From assembly GCA_963779755.1 (NCBI GenBank), contig CAVZZO010000001.1, forward strand, positions 2,240,001 to 2,304,000: a stretch of DNA of 64,000 nucleotides, given 5' to 3'. Both the position numbers and the translations under genes were made by a program. Origin of the DNA: an uncultured Gemmatimonadales bacterium. GTDB lineage: Bacteria > Gemmatimonadota > Gemmatimonadetes > Gemmatimonadales > GWC2-71-9. Position 1 is the stretch's first letter. The number at the start of each line of letters is the position of its first letter. The notes below the pieces were generated by a model that saw only the letters and a program-made list of their open reading frames with translations, ran no database searches and had not been told where the DNA came from. Positions 49,383 to 58,466 of this stretch are shown piece by piece.

Positions 49383-50620
49383 GCCCCGAGATCAAGGGGT
49401 TTCTGCTGGTCAGCCTGGTGAAGATGCTCCTGGTGTTCTCGGTGGTCCTGGTAGGGGTCGCCCTGCTCACGCTGATGGAACGGAAGGTCTCGGCCTGGAT
49501 GCAGAACCGGCTGGGGCCCAACCGGGTGGGTTATGGCGGACTGCTGCAGCCGGCGGCGGACGGGCTCAAGAATATTCTGAAGGAAGAGACCCGCCCGCTG
49601 CAGTCGAGCCATGCGCTGTTCACCCTGGCCCCGGCGATATCGTTCATTCCCGCCCTGATGCTGTCGGCGGTGATCCCTTTCGCGGCGCCGCTGCCGCTGC
49701 ACTTCGACTTCACTCTGGGCTTGCTCGGCCGGTTCGTCTATCAGGGGCCGACCCCCATGGTGGTGGCGGACCTGCCGATCGGCTTTCTGTTCATTCTGGC
49801 GATCAGCTCCCTCGGCGTCTACGGCATCGCCCTGGCGGGCTGGTCTTCCAACAGCAAGTACAGCCTGCTGGGCGGATTGCGGGCCAGCGCCCAGATGATT
49901 TCCTACGAGGTGGCGCTGGGGATGAGCCTCATTCCCCTGCTGCTGCTCACCGGCAACGTGTCCTTCTCGGCCATCATCACCGACCAGCAGTCGGGGCACG
50001 GGGTGTGGTTCATCCTGCCGCTCTTTCTCTCGTTCTTCCTCTTTCTGGTCTCCGGCTTCGCCGAGACCAACCGGCTGCCGTTCGACATGCCGGAGGCGGA
50101 GAGCGAGCTGATCGCCGGGTATCATACCGAGTACAGCGCGATGAAGTTCAGCCTCTTCTTCATCGCCGAGTACGCCAACATGGTCACCGTCTCCGCCATG
50201 GTGGCGACGCTGTTTCTGGGCGGGTGGGACATTCCCTTTACCGCCTGGGACCAGACTCCCGGCCTGCTGGCCACGCTGGCGACGGCGGTCGTCTTTTTCC
50301 TCAAGGTTTTCTTCTTCCTGTTCCTCTTCATGTGGGTCCGCTGGACCCTGCCGCGGTTCCGCTTCGATCAGCTCATGGCGCTGGGGTGGAAGGTGTTGCT
50401 GCCGCTCGCCCTGGGCTACGTCATGGTGATCGCGGTGGCGGTATATGTACTGGAGCAGGTGCTGGGGATCGCCGATCCGGTGGCTGAGGGGCTGCTGCTC
50501 TTCGGGCTGAACCTGGGGCTGGGGTTCCTGGTGTTCTTCATTCTGGACCGCAACATGATCATCAAAGGATCGCAGGTCTTCGCCAGCGACCTCGCGGCGC
50601 AGCCTCCGGTGGAGCGCTGA
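49379..50620 (+). CDS. nuoH: NADH-quinone oxidoreductase subunit H
   Basis: ERKVSAWMQNRLGPNRVG, AQMISYE, ETNRLPFDMPEAESEL, PRFRFDQLM. Confidence 0.97.
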   Translation: MSPEIKGFLLVSLVKMLLVFSVVLVGVALLTLMERKVSAWMQNRLGPNRVGYGGLLQPAADGLKNILKEETRPLQSSHALFTLAPAISFIPALMLSAVIPFAAPLPLHFDFTLGLLGRFVYQGPTPMVVADLPIGFLFILAISSLGVYGIALAGWSSNSKYSLLGGLRASAQMISYEVALGMSLIPLLLLTGNVSFSAIITDQQSGHGVWFILPLFLSFFLFLVSGFAETNRLPFDMPEAESELIAGYHTEYSAMKFSLFFIAEYANMVTVSAMVATLFLGGWDIPFTAWDQTPGLLATLATAVVFFLKVFFFLFLFMWVRWTLPRFRFDQLMALGWKVLLPLALGYVMVIAVAVYVLEQVLGIADPVAEGLLLFGLNLGLGFLVFFILDRNMIIKGSQVFASDLAAQPPVER

Positions 50621-50621
50621 T

Positions 50622-51128
50622 ATGGCCATTGGTGTGAAGGTGATGAAACGCCCGGACCGGCAGGTGAGCTACGTCCGGGCCACGCTCAAGGGCATGGCGC
50701 TCACGTTCCGGCACATGTTCCAGCCCCGGGTGACCATGCAGTACCCGGAGCAGAAGAGCACGGCGGACTGGAGCCTGGCGCCGCGCTGGCGCGGCACCCA
50801 CCGGATGCTCACCGACGAGGCGGGCCGCTCCAAGTGCGTGGCCTGCGGGCTCTGTCCCCAGATCTGCCCGGCAAACTGCATCAAGCTGGTGCCCGGCGAA
50901 GACGAGGCCGGCAACCGCTACCCGCTGATCTACGAGATCGACGAATTCCGCTGCGTTTTCTGCGGGTACTGCCAGGAGGTCTGTCCCGAGGAAGCCATTC
51001 ACGTGGGCGTGCACTACGAAAACTCGGAGTACAGCCGGGACCGGTTCGTCTACGACCTGGAGCGGCTTCAGGCGCAGACCCACCCCGTCTCGACCCTGTG
51101 GGATCCCACCGACCCGAAGGGCGAATAG
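50622..51128 (+). CDS. nuoI: NADH-quinone oxidoreductase subunit I
   Basis: CVACGLCPQICP, CVFCGYCQEVCP. Confidence 0.97.
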   Translation: MAIGVKVMKRPDRQVSYVRATLKGMALTFRHMFQPRVTMQYPEQKSTADWSLAPRWRGTHRMLTDEAGRSKCVACGLCPQICPANCIKLVPGEDEAGNRYPLIYEIDEFRCVFCGYCQEVCPEEAIHVGVHYENSEYSRDRFVYDLERLQAQTHPVSTLWDPTDPKGE

Positions 51129-51129
51129 C

Positions 51130-51687
51130 ATGACCGAGTCGGTCTTCTACTTCTTCGCCGCGGTGGCCGTGGTGTCGGCCCTGCTGTGCATCACCCGGAG
51201 GAACCCGGTGACTGCGGCGCTGTGGCTGGTCGGCACCATGTTCAGCCTGGCGGCCATCTTCGTGCTGCTCAACGCGCATTTCATCGCGGCCATCCAGGTG
51301 CTGGTCTACGCCGGCGCGGTCATGGTGCTGTTTCTCTTCGTCATCATGCTGCTCAACGTGGGGCATACCCGCTCCGACCTGCGGCGCGCCGGCTTCTGGT
51401 TCGTGGCGGTGCTGGCCGTGGGGCTGCTCTCGGCCCAGCTGCTGCCGCTGTCCCGCTACACCCCCGAGCGCCTGGCGCTGGAATACAGCCGGACGGAGGC
51501 GTTCTCCAACCCCGACCAGGTCTTCCCCGGGGGCCCGGCGGCGCGGGAAGCTACGCAGCAGGAGGGGGTGGTGGGCGCCGTGTCGCGGCCCCTGTTCGAG
51601 ACCTACCTGGTGCCGTTCGAGGTGACCTCGGTGCTGTTGCTGGCGGCCATCGTGGGCGCCGTCGTGCTCGCCAAGCGGAGGATCTGA
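51130..51687 (+). CDS. nuoJ: NADH-quinone oxidoreductase subunit J
   Basis: [30 protein letters not shown]. Confidence 0.96.
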   Translation: MTESVFYFFAAVAVVSALLCITRRNPVTAALWLVGTMFSLAAIFVLLNAHFIAAIQVLVYAGAVMVLFLFVIMLLNVGHTRSDLRRAGFWFVAVLAVGLLSAQLLPLSRYTPERLALEYSRTEAFSNPDQVFPGGPAAREATQQEGVVGAVSRPLFETYLVPFEVTSVLLLAAIVGAVVLAKRRI

Positions 51688-51983
51688 TGCTGCTCGGACC
51701 GTCGCTCGCGCTCAGCGCGATTCTCTTCGCGATCGGGGTGGCCGGAGTGCTGCTCCGGCGGAATGCGATCGTGCTGTTCATGTGCATTGAGCTGATGCTC
51801 AACGCGGTGAACCTGTCGTTCATCGCCCTGGCCCAGGTGCACGGGCTCTCGGGCCAGGTGATCGTCTTCTTCGTCATGACCGTGGCGGCCGCCGAGGCGG
51901 CGGTCGGGCTGGCCATCATCCTGGCCGCCTTCCGTCACACCGAATCCGTGGATCTCTCCACCATCAACCTGCTCAAAGGCTGA
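51687..51983 (+). CDS. nuoK: NADH-quinone oxidoreductase subunit K
   Basis: RRNAI...[21 protein letters not shown]. Confidence 0.96.
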   Translation: MLLGPSLALSAILFAIGVAGVLLRRNAIVLFMCIELMLNAVNLSFIALAQVHGLSGQVIVFFVMTVAAAEAAVGLAIILAAFRHTESVDLSTINLLKG

Positions 51984-54010
51984 TGCTTCCTGCGCTGCTC
52001 GCCGCCCAGGCGGCGCCGCACGGCGGCTCCCTGGCCGGCACCGCCGCAGACTGGGTCTGGCTCGCCGTCGCCCTGCCGTTCGCCGGGTTCCTGATCAACG
52101 GCACCCTGGCGCTCACCCGGCGGGCGGCGAAGACGGCCGTTTCGCTGATCGGCTCGGGCGTGCTGCTTCTGGCCTTCGCCGTCGCCGTGCTGGTCCTCCT
52201 CGCGGTGGCCCGGGCACATCCCGAAGCGCCCTACGTCGTCACGCTCTGGAGCTGGATGCCGGTGGGCAAGCTCCAGCTCAACCTGGCCCTGCAGGTGGAC
52301 CAGCTCTCGACTGTCATGCTGCTGGTGGTGACGGGCGTCGGCAGCCTGATCCATCTCTTCAGCATCGGATACATGCGCGACGACCCGGGCTACCCCCGGT
52401 ACTTCGCCTACCTGAACCTGTTCGTCGCCTTCATGCTGGTGCTGGTGCTGGGCTCCAGCTTCCCGGTGCTGTTCATCGGCTGGGAAGGGGTGGGGCTCTG
52501 TTCCTATCTGCTGATCGGGTTCTGGTTCGAGAGCAAGGCCAATGCCGACGCCGGCAAGAAGGCCTTCCTGGTGAACCGGATCGGCGATGCCGGGTTCCTG
52601 ATCGCGATGTTCCTGCTCTGGCGCACCGTGGGGACGCTGGACTTCATCCCGGTCTTCGCCAAGGCACCCGCGTTCCTGGCCTTCGGCGGCGGGCTGGTCA
52701 CCGCCATTACGCTGTTCCTGCTGCTGGGCTGCGCCGGCAAGTCGGCCCAGATTCCCCTGTATATCTGGTTGCCGGACGCCATGGCCGGCCCCACCCCGGT
52801 CTCGGCCCTGATCCATGCCGCCACCATGGTGACGGCCGGCGTCTACCTGGTGGCGCGCTGTAACGTGCTGTTCGCCATGTCGCCCGTGTCCAGCACCGTC
52901 ACCGCGGGGATCGGGGCGCTGACCGCCCTCTTCGCGGCGACCATCGCGCTGCGCCAGTACGACATCAAGAAAGTGCTGGCCTATTCCACCGTGTCCCAGC
53001 TGGGCTACATGTTTCTGGGCGTGGGCTCCGGCGCGTACACCGCGGGGATCTTCCACCTGGTGACGCACGCCTTCTTCAAGGCGCTGCTCTTCCTGGGTGC
53101 CGGCAGCGTGATCCACGCCATGCACGCGGCCTACCACCATACCCACAGCCACGAAGACGCGCAGGACATGCGCAACATGGGCGGCCTGCGCCAGGCCATG
53201 CCCTGGACCTTCGTGCTGATGCTGCTGGCGACCCTGGCCATCGCCGGCTTCCCCGGTTTCTCCGGCTTCTTCTCCAAGGACGAGATCCTGGGCGCGGCCT
53301 TCGCCCAGGGGGCCGAGAATCCCCTGTACTACGTCTACTACGCCATGGGCATCGTGGCGGCGCTGCTCACCGCCTTCTACATGGCGCGGCTGGTCACCAT
53401 GACGTTCCTGGGCGAGAACCGCACCGGGGCCGAGGAACGGGAGCACCTGCACGAAGCGCCCTGGATCATGACCGGGCCGCTGCTGGTGCTGGGCATCCTG
53501 AGCGTGGTGGGCGGCGCCCTCAACCTGCCGGCCCTGGTGGGGGGCAACGCGGCACTGGAACACTGGCTCGACCCGGTCTTCGCCCCGTCCACCGGCTACG
53601 TCAGGGCGGTGGAGATTGCCCACAGCACCGAATACACCCTGATCGGGCTGGCGGTGCTGGTTGGCCTGGTGGGACTCTACGCGGGCTGGCGGGCCACCCG
53701 GCGCTCGCGCCTCGTGCCGGCGCGGGAGGCGCCGGCGGACACCGGCTTGGCTCGGGTCCTCTACCACAAGTACTGGGTGGACGAGATCTATGACGCCGTC
53801 ATCGTCCGGCCGCTGGTGTGGTGCTCCCGGGTGCTGCTCTGGCGCGGGGTGGACCAGGGGCTGATCGACGGCGCGGGCGTGAACGGCGCCGCCCGGGCTT
53901 CCAGCCTGCTGGGGCGTGCCGGGAGCCTGCTGCAGACCGGCTACGTGGGCGTCTATATCATCCTGTTCCTGGCGGGCGCCTTCTGGGTGCTGTTCGCCAT
54001 CGTCCGGTGA
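51983..54010 (+). CDS. nuoL: NADH-quinone oxidoreductase subunit L
   Basis: WEGVGLCSYLLIGFW, NRIGD, WLPDAMAGPTPVSALIHAATMV, HAFFKALLFL. Confidence 0.97.
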   Translation: MLPALLAAQAAPHGGSLAGTAADWVWLAVALPFAGFLINGTLALTRRAAKTAVSLIGSGVLLLAFAVAVLVLLAVARAHPEAPYVVTLWSWMPVGKLQLNLALQVDQLSTVMLLVVTGVGSLIHLFSIGYMRDDPGYPRYFAYLNLFVAFMLVLVLGSSFPVLFIGWEGVGLCSYLLIGFWFESKANADAGKKAFLVNRIGDAGFLIAMFLLWRTVGTLDFIPVFAKAPAFLAFGGGLVTAITLFLLLGCAGKSAQIPLYIWLPDAMAGPTPVSALIHAATMVTAGVYLVARCNVLFAMSPVSSTVTAGIGALTALFAATIALRQYDIKKVLAYSTVSQLGYMFLGVGSGAYTAGIFHLVTHAFFKALLFLGAGSVIHAMHAAYHHTHSHEDAQDMRNMGGLRQAMPWTFVLMLLATLAIAGFPGFSGFFSKDEILGAAFAQGAENPLYYVYYAMGIVAALLTAFYMARLVTMTFLGENRTGAEEREHLHEAPWIMTGPLLVLGILSVVGGALNLPALVGGNAALEHWLDPVFAPSTGYVRAVEIAHSTEYTLIGLAVLVGLVGLYAGWRATRRSRLVPAREAPADTGLARVLYHKYWVDEIYDAVIVRPLVWCSRVLLWRGVDQGLIDGAGVNGAARASSLLGRAGSLLQTGYVGVYIILFLAGAFWVLFAIVR

Positions 54011-54017
54011 GCATCCG

Positions 54018-55586
54018 ATGACGCACTTCCTGGCCTCCGTCGCCTACGACCGCTGGATCCTGCACGCGCTGGTCCTGCTGCCGCTCGCCGGGATCGTGCC
54101 GGTCCTGCTCGCCCCGGCGCGGCAGGCGAAGCTGATCGCGCTGTGGGTGAGCATCGCCGAGTTCGTGCTCTCCCTCGGCCTCTGGTGGGCGTTCGATCCG
54201 GCGAACGGCGGGATGCAGTTTTCCGCGACCGTGCCCTGGCTCACCCAGTGGGGCATCAGCTATCACGTCGGGCTCGACGGCATCAGCCTCTTCATGGTCC
54301 TGCTCAGCACCGGGCTCATGCCGCTCTGCGTCCTGGCCAGCTGGCGCTATATCACCAGCCGGGAGCGGGGCTATTACGCCCTGCTGCTGGCCCTCACCAC
54401 CGGCATGCTGGGGGTATTTCTCGCCCTCGATCTCTTCATTTTCTACATCTTCTGGGAGGTGATGCTGATCCCGATGTATTTCATCATCGGGATCTGGGGC
54501 GGGCCGCGGCGGCTCTACGCGTCCATCAAGTTCTTCCTCTACACCTTCGTGGGCTCGCTGCTCATGCTGGTGGCCATTCTCGTCATGGTGCTCAAGGTGG
54601 GCGACGCCACCGGGGTGTATTCCTTCTCCTACAGCCACCTGCTGGAGAACTCGATGCGCGTGACGGCGGCGGCCCCGTGGCTCTTCGCCGCCTTCGCGCT
54701 CGCGTTCGCCATCAAGGTGCCGATCTTCCCGTTCCACACCTGGCTGCCGGACGCCCACGTGGAGGCGCCGACCGCCGGGAGCGTGCTGCTGGCCAGCGTC
54801 CTGCTCAAGATGGGGACCTACGGGTTTCTCCGCTTCGCCGTGCCGTTCTTCCCCGATGTCGCCTTCACGCCTGCCGTCCGGGCCCTGGTGGTGGCCCTGG
54901 CGGTGATCGGGATTCTCTACGGCGCCCTGGTGGCGATGGTGCAGCCCGACATCAAGAAGCTGGTGGCCTACTCCTCGGTGAGCCACCTGGGCTTCGTCAT
55001 GCTGGGCATCTGGGCGGCCACGCTGCAGAGCGTCCAGGGAGCGCTCATGGTGATGATCGGCCACGGGCTCTCCACCGGCGCCCTGTTCTTCCTGATCGGC
55101 ATGCTCTACGAGCGGCGGCACACCCGGGAGATCGCCGACTTCGGCGGCCTGGCGCGGGTGGTGCCGCTCTTCAGCGCCATCTTCACCATCGTCGCGCTGT
55201 CCTCCATCGGCCTGCCGGGGCTGAACGGCTTCATCGGCGAGTTCCTGGTGCTGCTGGGCAGCTTCGGGCGGCATCCGGTGGCGGCGGGGCTGGCGACCGT
55301 CGTGGTGATCTTCGCCGCGGCCTACCTGCTCTGGGCGCTGCAGCGCATCATTTATGATCCGCTGAACCGCGACGAGAACCGCAGCTTGCTGGACCTGAAC
55401 CGCCGGGAGATCGCGGTTCTGGTACCGCTGCTCATCGGCATCGTGTGGCTGGGCCTCTATCCCCGGCCGGTGCTGCGCCGCATGGAGCCGGCCGCACAGC
55501 GCTATGTCGATCTGGTGGAGCCGCACCTGCTCGCCCCGCCGGGCCGCAACCCTCATCATCATCCGGTTTCCGAGGTCACCCCGTGA
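54018..55586 (+). CDS. nuoM: NADH-quinone oxidoreductase subunit M
   Basis: FWEVMLIPMY, HTWLPDAHVEAPT, KKLVAYSSVSH, GLPGLNGFIGEF. Confidence 0.97.
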   Translation: MTHFLASVAYDRWILHALVLLPLAGIVPVLLAPARQAKLIALWVSIAEFVLSLGLWWAFDPANGGMQFSATVPWLTQWGISYHVGLDGISLFMVLLSTGLMPLCVLASWRYITSRERGYYALLLALTTGMLGVFLALDLFIFYIFWEVMLIPMYFIIGIWGGPRRLYASIKFFLYTFVGSLLMLVAILVMVLKVGDATGVYSFSYSHLLENSMRVTAAAPWLFAAFALAFAIKVPIFPFHTWLPDAHVEAPTAGSVLLASVLLKMGTYGFLRFAVPFFPDVAFTPAVRALVVALAVIGILYGALVAMVQPDIKKLVAYSSVSHLGFVMLGIWAATLQSVQGALMVMIGHGLSTGALFFLIGMLYERRHTREIADFGGLARVVPLFSAIFTIVALSSIGLPGLNGFIGEFLVLLGSFGRHPVAAGLATVVVIFAAAYLLWALQRIIYDPLNRDENRSLLDLNRREIAVLVPLLIGIVWLGLYPRPVLRRMEPAAQRYVDLVEPHLLAPPGRNPHHHPVSEVTP

Positions 55587-57079
55587 CACCCTTTGATCTC
55601 TCCACGCCCGGCGGCGTGACCTACGCCCTGCTGCCCGAGCTGGTGCTGACGGGGTGGACGCTGGTCGTGCTGCTGGTGGTGAGCTGGCGGCACCGGGATG
55701 CGCGGGACACGCGGCTGGCGGCCTGGGTGAGCCTGGCCGGGCTGCTGCTGACGATGGGGGCCACGCTCTACCTCTGGCTGCAGCACCCGGTGGTGCAGGG
55801 GCTGCCCCAGATGGTGACGGTCGACGCCTTCCGTTTTGCCGGCGAGATGCTCTTCCTGGTGGCCGCCGCGGCCACGGTGATGATTTCGCTGCCCTATGTG
55901 GAGCGGGAGGGCCTGACCGCGCCGGAGTACTTCGTCCTCATCCTGCTGGCCACCGTCGGCATGATGTTCATGGCCGCGGCCGCCGATCTGATCGTAGTGT
56001 TTCTCGGGCTGGAACTCATGTCGGTGGCGGTCTACGCCCTGGCCGGCTTCAACCGGCGCAGCCGGTTCTCCGCCGAGGGGGCGCTCAAGTATTTCCTGAT
56101 CGGCGCCTTTGCCGCGGGCTTTCTGCTCTACGGCATTGCCCTGAGCTACGGCAGCACCGGGTCCACCAACCTGTACGTGATCGCGGGGCAGCTCGCCGGC
56201 GGGGCCATTCCCCTCATGGCCACGCTGGGTCTGGGGCTGCTGGCGATCGGGTTCGCCTTCAAGACGGCCGCCGTCCCCTTCCACACCTGGGCGCCCGACG
56301 TGTACGACGGCTCGCCCACCCCCGTCACCGGCTTCATGGCCACCGGCGTGAAGGCCGCGGCCTTCATTACGCTGGCGCGGGTGCTGCAGGACGGCTTCCC
56401 GGCGGCCATCGCGCATTGGCAGCCGGTGCTGGGCGTGCTGGCCCTGGTCACCATGATCGTGGGGAACCTGGTGGCCTTGGTGCAGCGTTCGCTCAAGCGG
56501 ATGCTGGCCTACAGCTCGATCGCCCACGCCGGTTACCTGCTCACCGCGCTCTGGTCGGGAACCCGCTTCGGCGCGGCGGCCCTGATGGTCTATCTGGCCG
56601 CCTACACCCTGGTGACGCTGGCCAGCTTCGGGCTCCTCGCCGCCCTGGGCCGCGACGGCGAGCGCAACATTACCCTGGACACTCTGGCCGGCCTTTCCAG
56701 CCGGCGCCCCTGGGTGGCGCTGGGCCTGGCGCTCTGCATGCTGTCGCTGCTGGGTTTCCCCGGCACCGTCGGGTTCATCGGCAAGTGGTATATCCTGCTG
56801 GCGGTGGTGAGCCAGCGGCAGTACATCCTGCCGGTGGTCCTGGTGCTCACCAGCGTGATCTCCGCCGGCTACTATCTGCCGGTGGTGATGGCCATGTACA
56901 TGCGTCCCGCCCCCGAGCGCGAAGAGGCGCGCCCCGGCCTCTCCGCCGCCGCCTGGACGGTCATCGCGGCCTGCGTCGTCCTTCTCGTGGTCTTCGGGGT
57001 CTGGCCCCGGGGCCTGCTGCTCCTGGCCCACGCCACCGTCGCTCCGCTGGGCCAGCTCTCCGGTCCCATCGTCCCCTGA
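55583..57079 (+). CDS. nuoN: NADH-quinone oxidoreductase subunit N
   Basis: EGALKYF, PFHTWAPDVYDGSP, KRMLAYSSIAHAGY. Confidence 0.96.
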   Translation: MTPFDLSTPGGVTYALLPELVLTGWTLVVLLVVSWRHRDARDTRLAAWVSLAGLLLTMGATLYLWLQHPVVQGLPQMVTVDAFRFAGEMLFLVAAAATVMISLPYVEREGLTAPEYFVLILLATVGMMFMAAAADLIVVFLGLELMSVAVYALAGFNRRSRFSAEGALKYFLIGAFAAGFLLYGIALSYGSTGSTNLYVIAGQLAGGAIPLMATLGLGLLAIGFAFKTAAVPFHTWAPDVYDGSPTPVTGFMATGVKAAAFITLARVLQDGFPAAIAHWQPVLGVLALVTMIVGNLVALVQRSLKRMLAYSSIAHAGYLLTALWSGTRFGAAALMVYLAAYTLVTLASFGLLAALGRDGERNITLDTLAGLSSRRPWVALGLALCMLSLLGFPGTVGFIGKWYILLAVVSQRQYILPVVLVLTSVISAGYYLPVVMAMYMRPAPEREEARPGLSAAAWTVIAACVVLLVVFGVWPRGLLLLAHATVAPLGQLSGPIVP

Positions 57080-57086
57080 GCGCCTC

Positions 57087-58460
57087 ATGAACGTCCCGCG
57101 TACCATCTTCCGCCAGTACGACGTCCGGGGGCTGGTCGGCAGCGAGCTGACCGCCGATTTCGCCCGCGCGCTGGGCCGCGCCTTCGCCTCCGCTGGATGG
57201 CAGAAGCTGGGCCGGGCGCCGGTGCTCGCGGTGGGGCGGGACAACCGCCCCTCGGGCGCGGAGCTGGCGGGGGCCTTTCGCGAGGGTGTGACGGCCAGCG
57301 GGGGCACGGCGGTGGATGTCGGCATGCTGCCCACTCCGGCGCTGTACTTCGCGGTGCAGACGCCGGGGATCGACGGCGGCTGCCAGGTGACCGGCTCGCA
57401 CAATCCGCCCGAGTTCAACGGGTTCAAGATGGTCCTGGCCGGTGACTCGCTGCACGGCGACGAGATCCTGGCCCTGTGGGAAGTGATCTCCGCCGAGTCC
57501 TGGCGGGAGGGACAGGGCAGCCAGCGCGCGGACGATACGGTACTGCGGCGCTACCGGGAGGCCATCCAGGAGCGCCACCAGCTGGCCCGGCCGGTGCGGG
57601 TGGTGGTCGACTGCGGCAACGGCGTGGGCAGCCTGGTCGCGGTGGAGACGCTGCGCGGCCTCGGTGCCGAGGTTACCCCGCTGTTCTGCGACTCCGACGG
57701 CACCTTCCCCAACCACCACCCCGACCCTACCGTCCCCGAGAACCTGGCCGACCTGCAGGCCGCCGTCCGACGTACCGGGGCGGAGCTGGGCATCGCCTTC
57801 GACGGCGACGCGGACCGCATCGGCGGAGTGGACGAAACCGGCCGCATTCTCTTCGGCGACCAGCTCCTGGTGCTCTTCGGGCGCGACGCGGTGCGGCGGT
57901 TCGGCAAGGGGATTCCGGTCATCTTCGATGTGAAATGCTCGGAGGTGCTACGCCAGGCTCTGGCCGACGCGGGGGCCGAGCCCATCATGTGGAAGACGGG
58001 CCATTCGCTCATCAAGGCCAAGATGAAAGAGACCGGCGCCCCGCTGGCGGGCGAGATGAGCGGCCACATGTTCTTCGCCGGCGACTACTATGGCTTCGAC
58101 GATGCCCTGTTCGCCGCCGCCCGCCTGCTCGAGATCGTCTCCCGGGGGCCCGGCGGCCTGGCGCCGCTTCTGGCCGACCTGCCCGCCACCAGCGCCACGC
58201 CCGAGATCCGGGTGGACTGCCCCGAGGAGATCAAGTTCGAGGTGGTCGAGCGGGCGGCGAAATATTTCGGCGCCCGCTATCCGGTCGTGACCATTGACGG
58301 CGTGCGGATGACCTTCCCCCACGGATGGGGGCTCATCCGGGCGTCCAACACCCAGCCGATCCTGGTGCTGCGCTTCGAAGCCACCGACCCCGCATCCCTC
58401 GAGGCCTACCGGAAGGAAGTCATGGACTGGCTCGCGGGGCAGGGCGTGCAGGCCGGCTAG
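57087..58460 (+). CDS. Phosphomannomutase/phosphoglucomutase
   Basis: FRQYDVRG, TGSHNP, FDGDADR, GEMSGH, RASNTQP. Confidence 0.95.
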   Translation: MNVPRTIFRQYDVRGLVGSELTADFARALGRAFASAGWQKLGRAPVLAVGRDNRPSGAELAGAFREGVTASGGTAVDVGMLPTPALYFAVQTPGIDGGCQVTGSHNPPEFNGFKMVLAGDSLHGDEILALWEVISAESWREGQGSQRADDTVLRRYREAIQERHQLARPVRVVVDCGNGVGSLVAVETLRGLGAEVTPLFCDSDGTFPNHHPDPTVPENLADLQAAVRRTGAELGIAFDGDADRIGGVDETGRILFGDQLLVLFGRDAVRRFGKGIPVIFDVKCSEVLRQALADAGAEPIMWKTGHSLIKAKMKETGAPLAGEMSGHMFFAGDYYGFDDALFAAARLLEIVSRGPGGLAPLLADLPATSATPEIRVDCPEEIKFEVVERAAKYFGARYPVVTIDGVRMTFPHGWGLIRASNTQPILVLRFEATDPASLEAYRKEVMDWLAGQGVQAG

Positions 58461-58466
58461 CCCGCC

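Noticed and set aside
53110..53160. His-rich loop in NuoL (HAMHAAYHHTHSHED) as a novel metal site
   Set aside because: His-rich insertions in NuoL loops are common and there is no further support.
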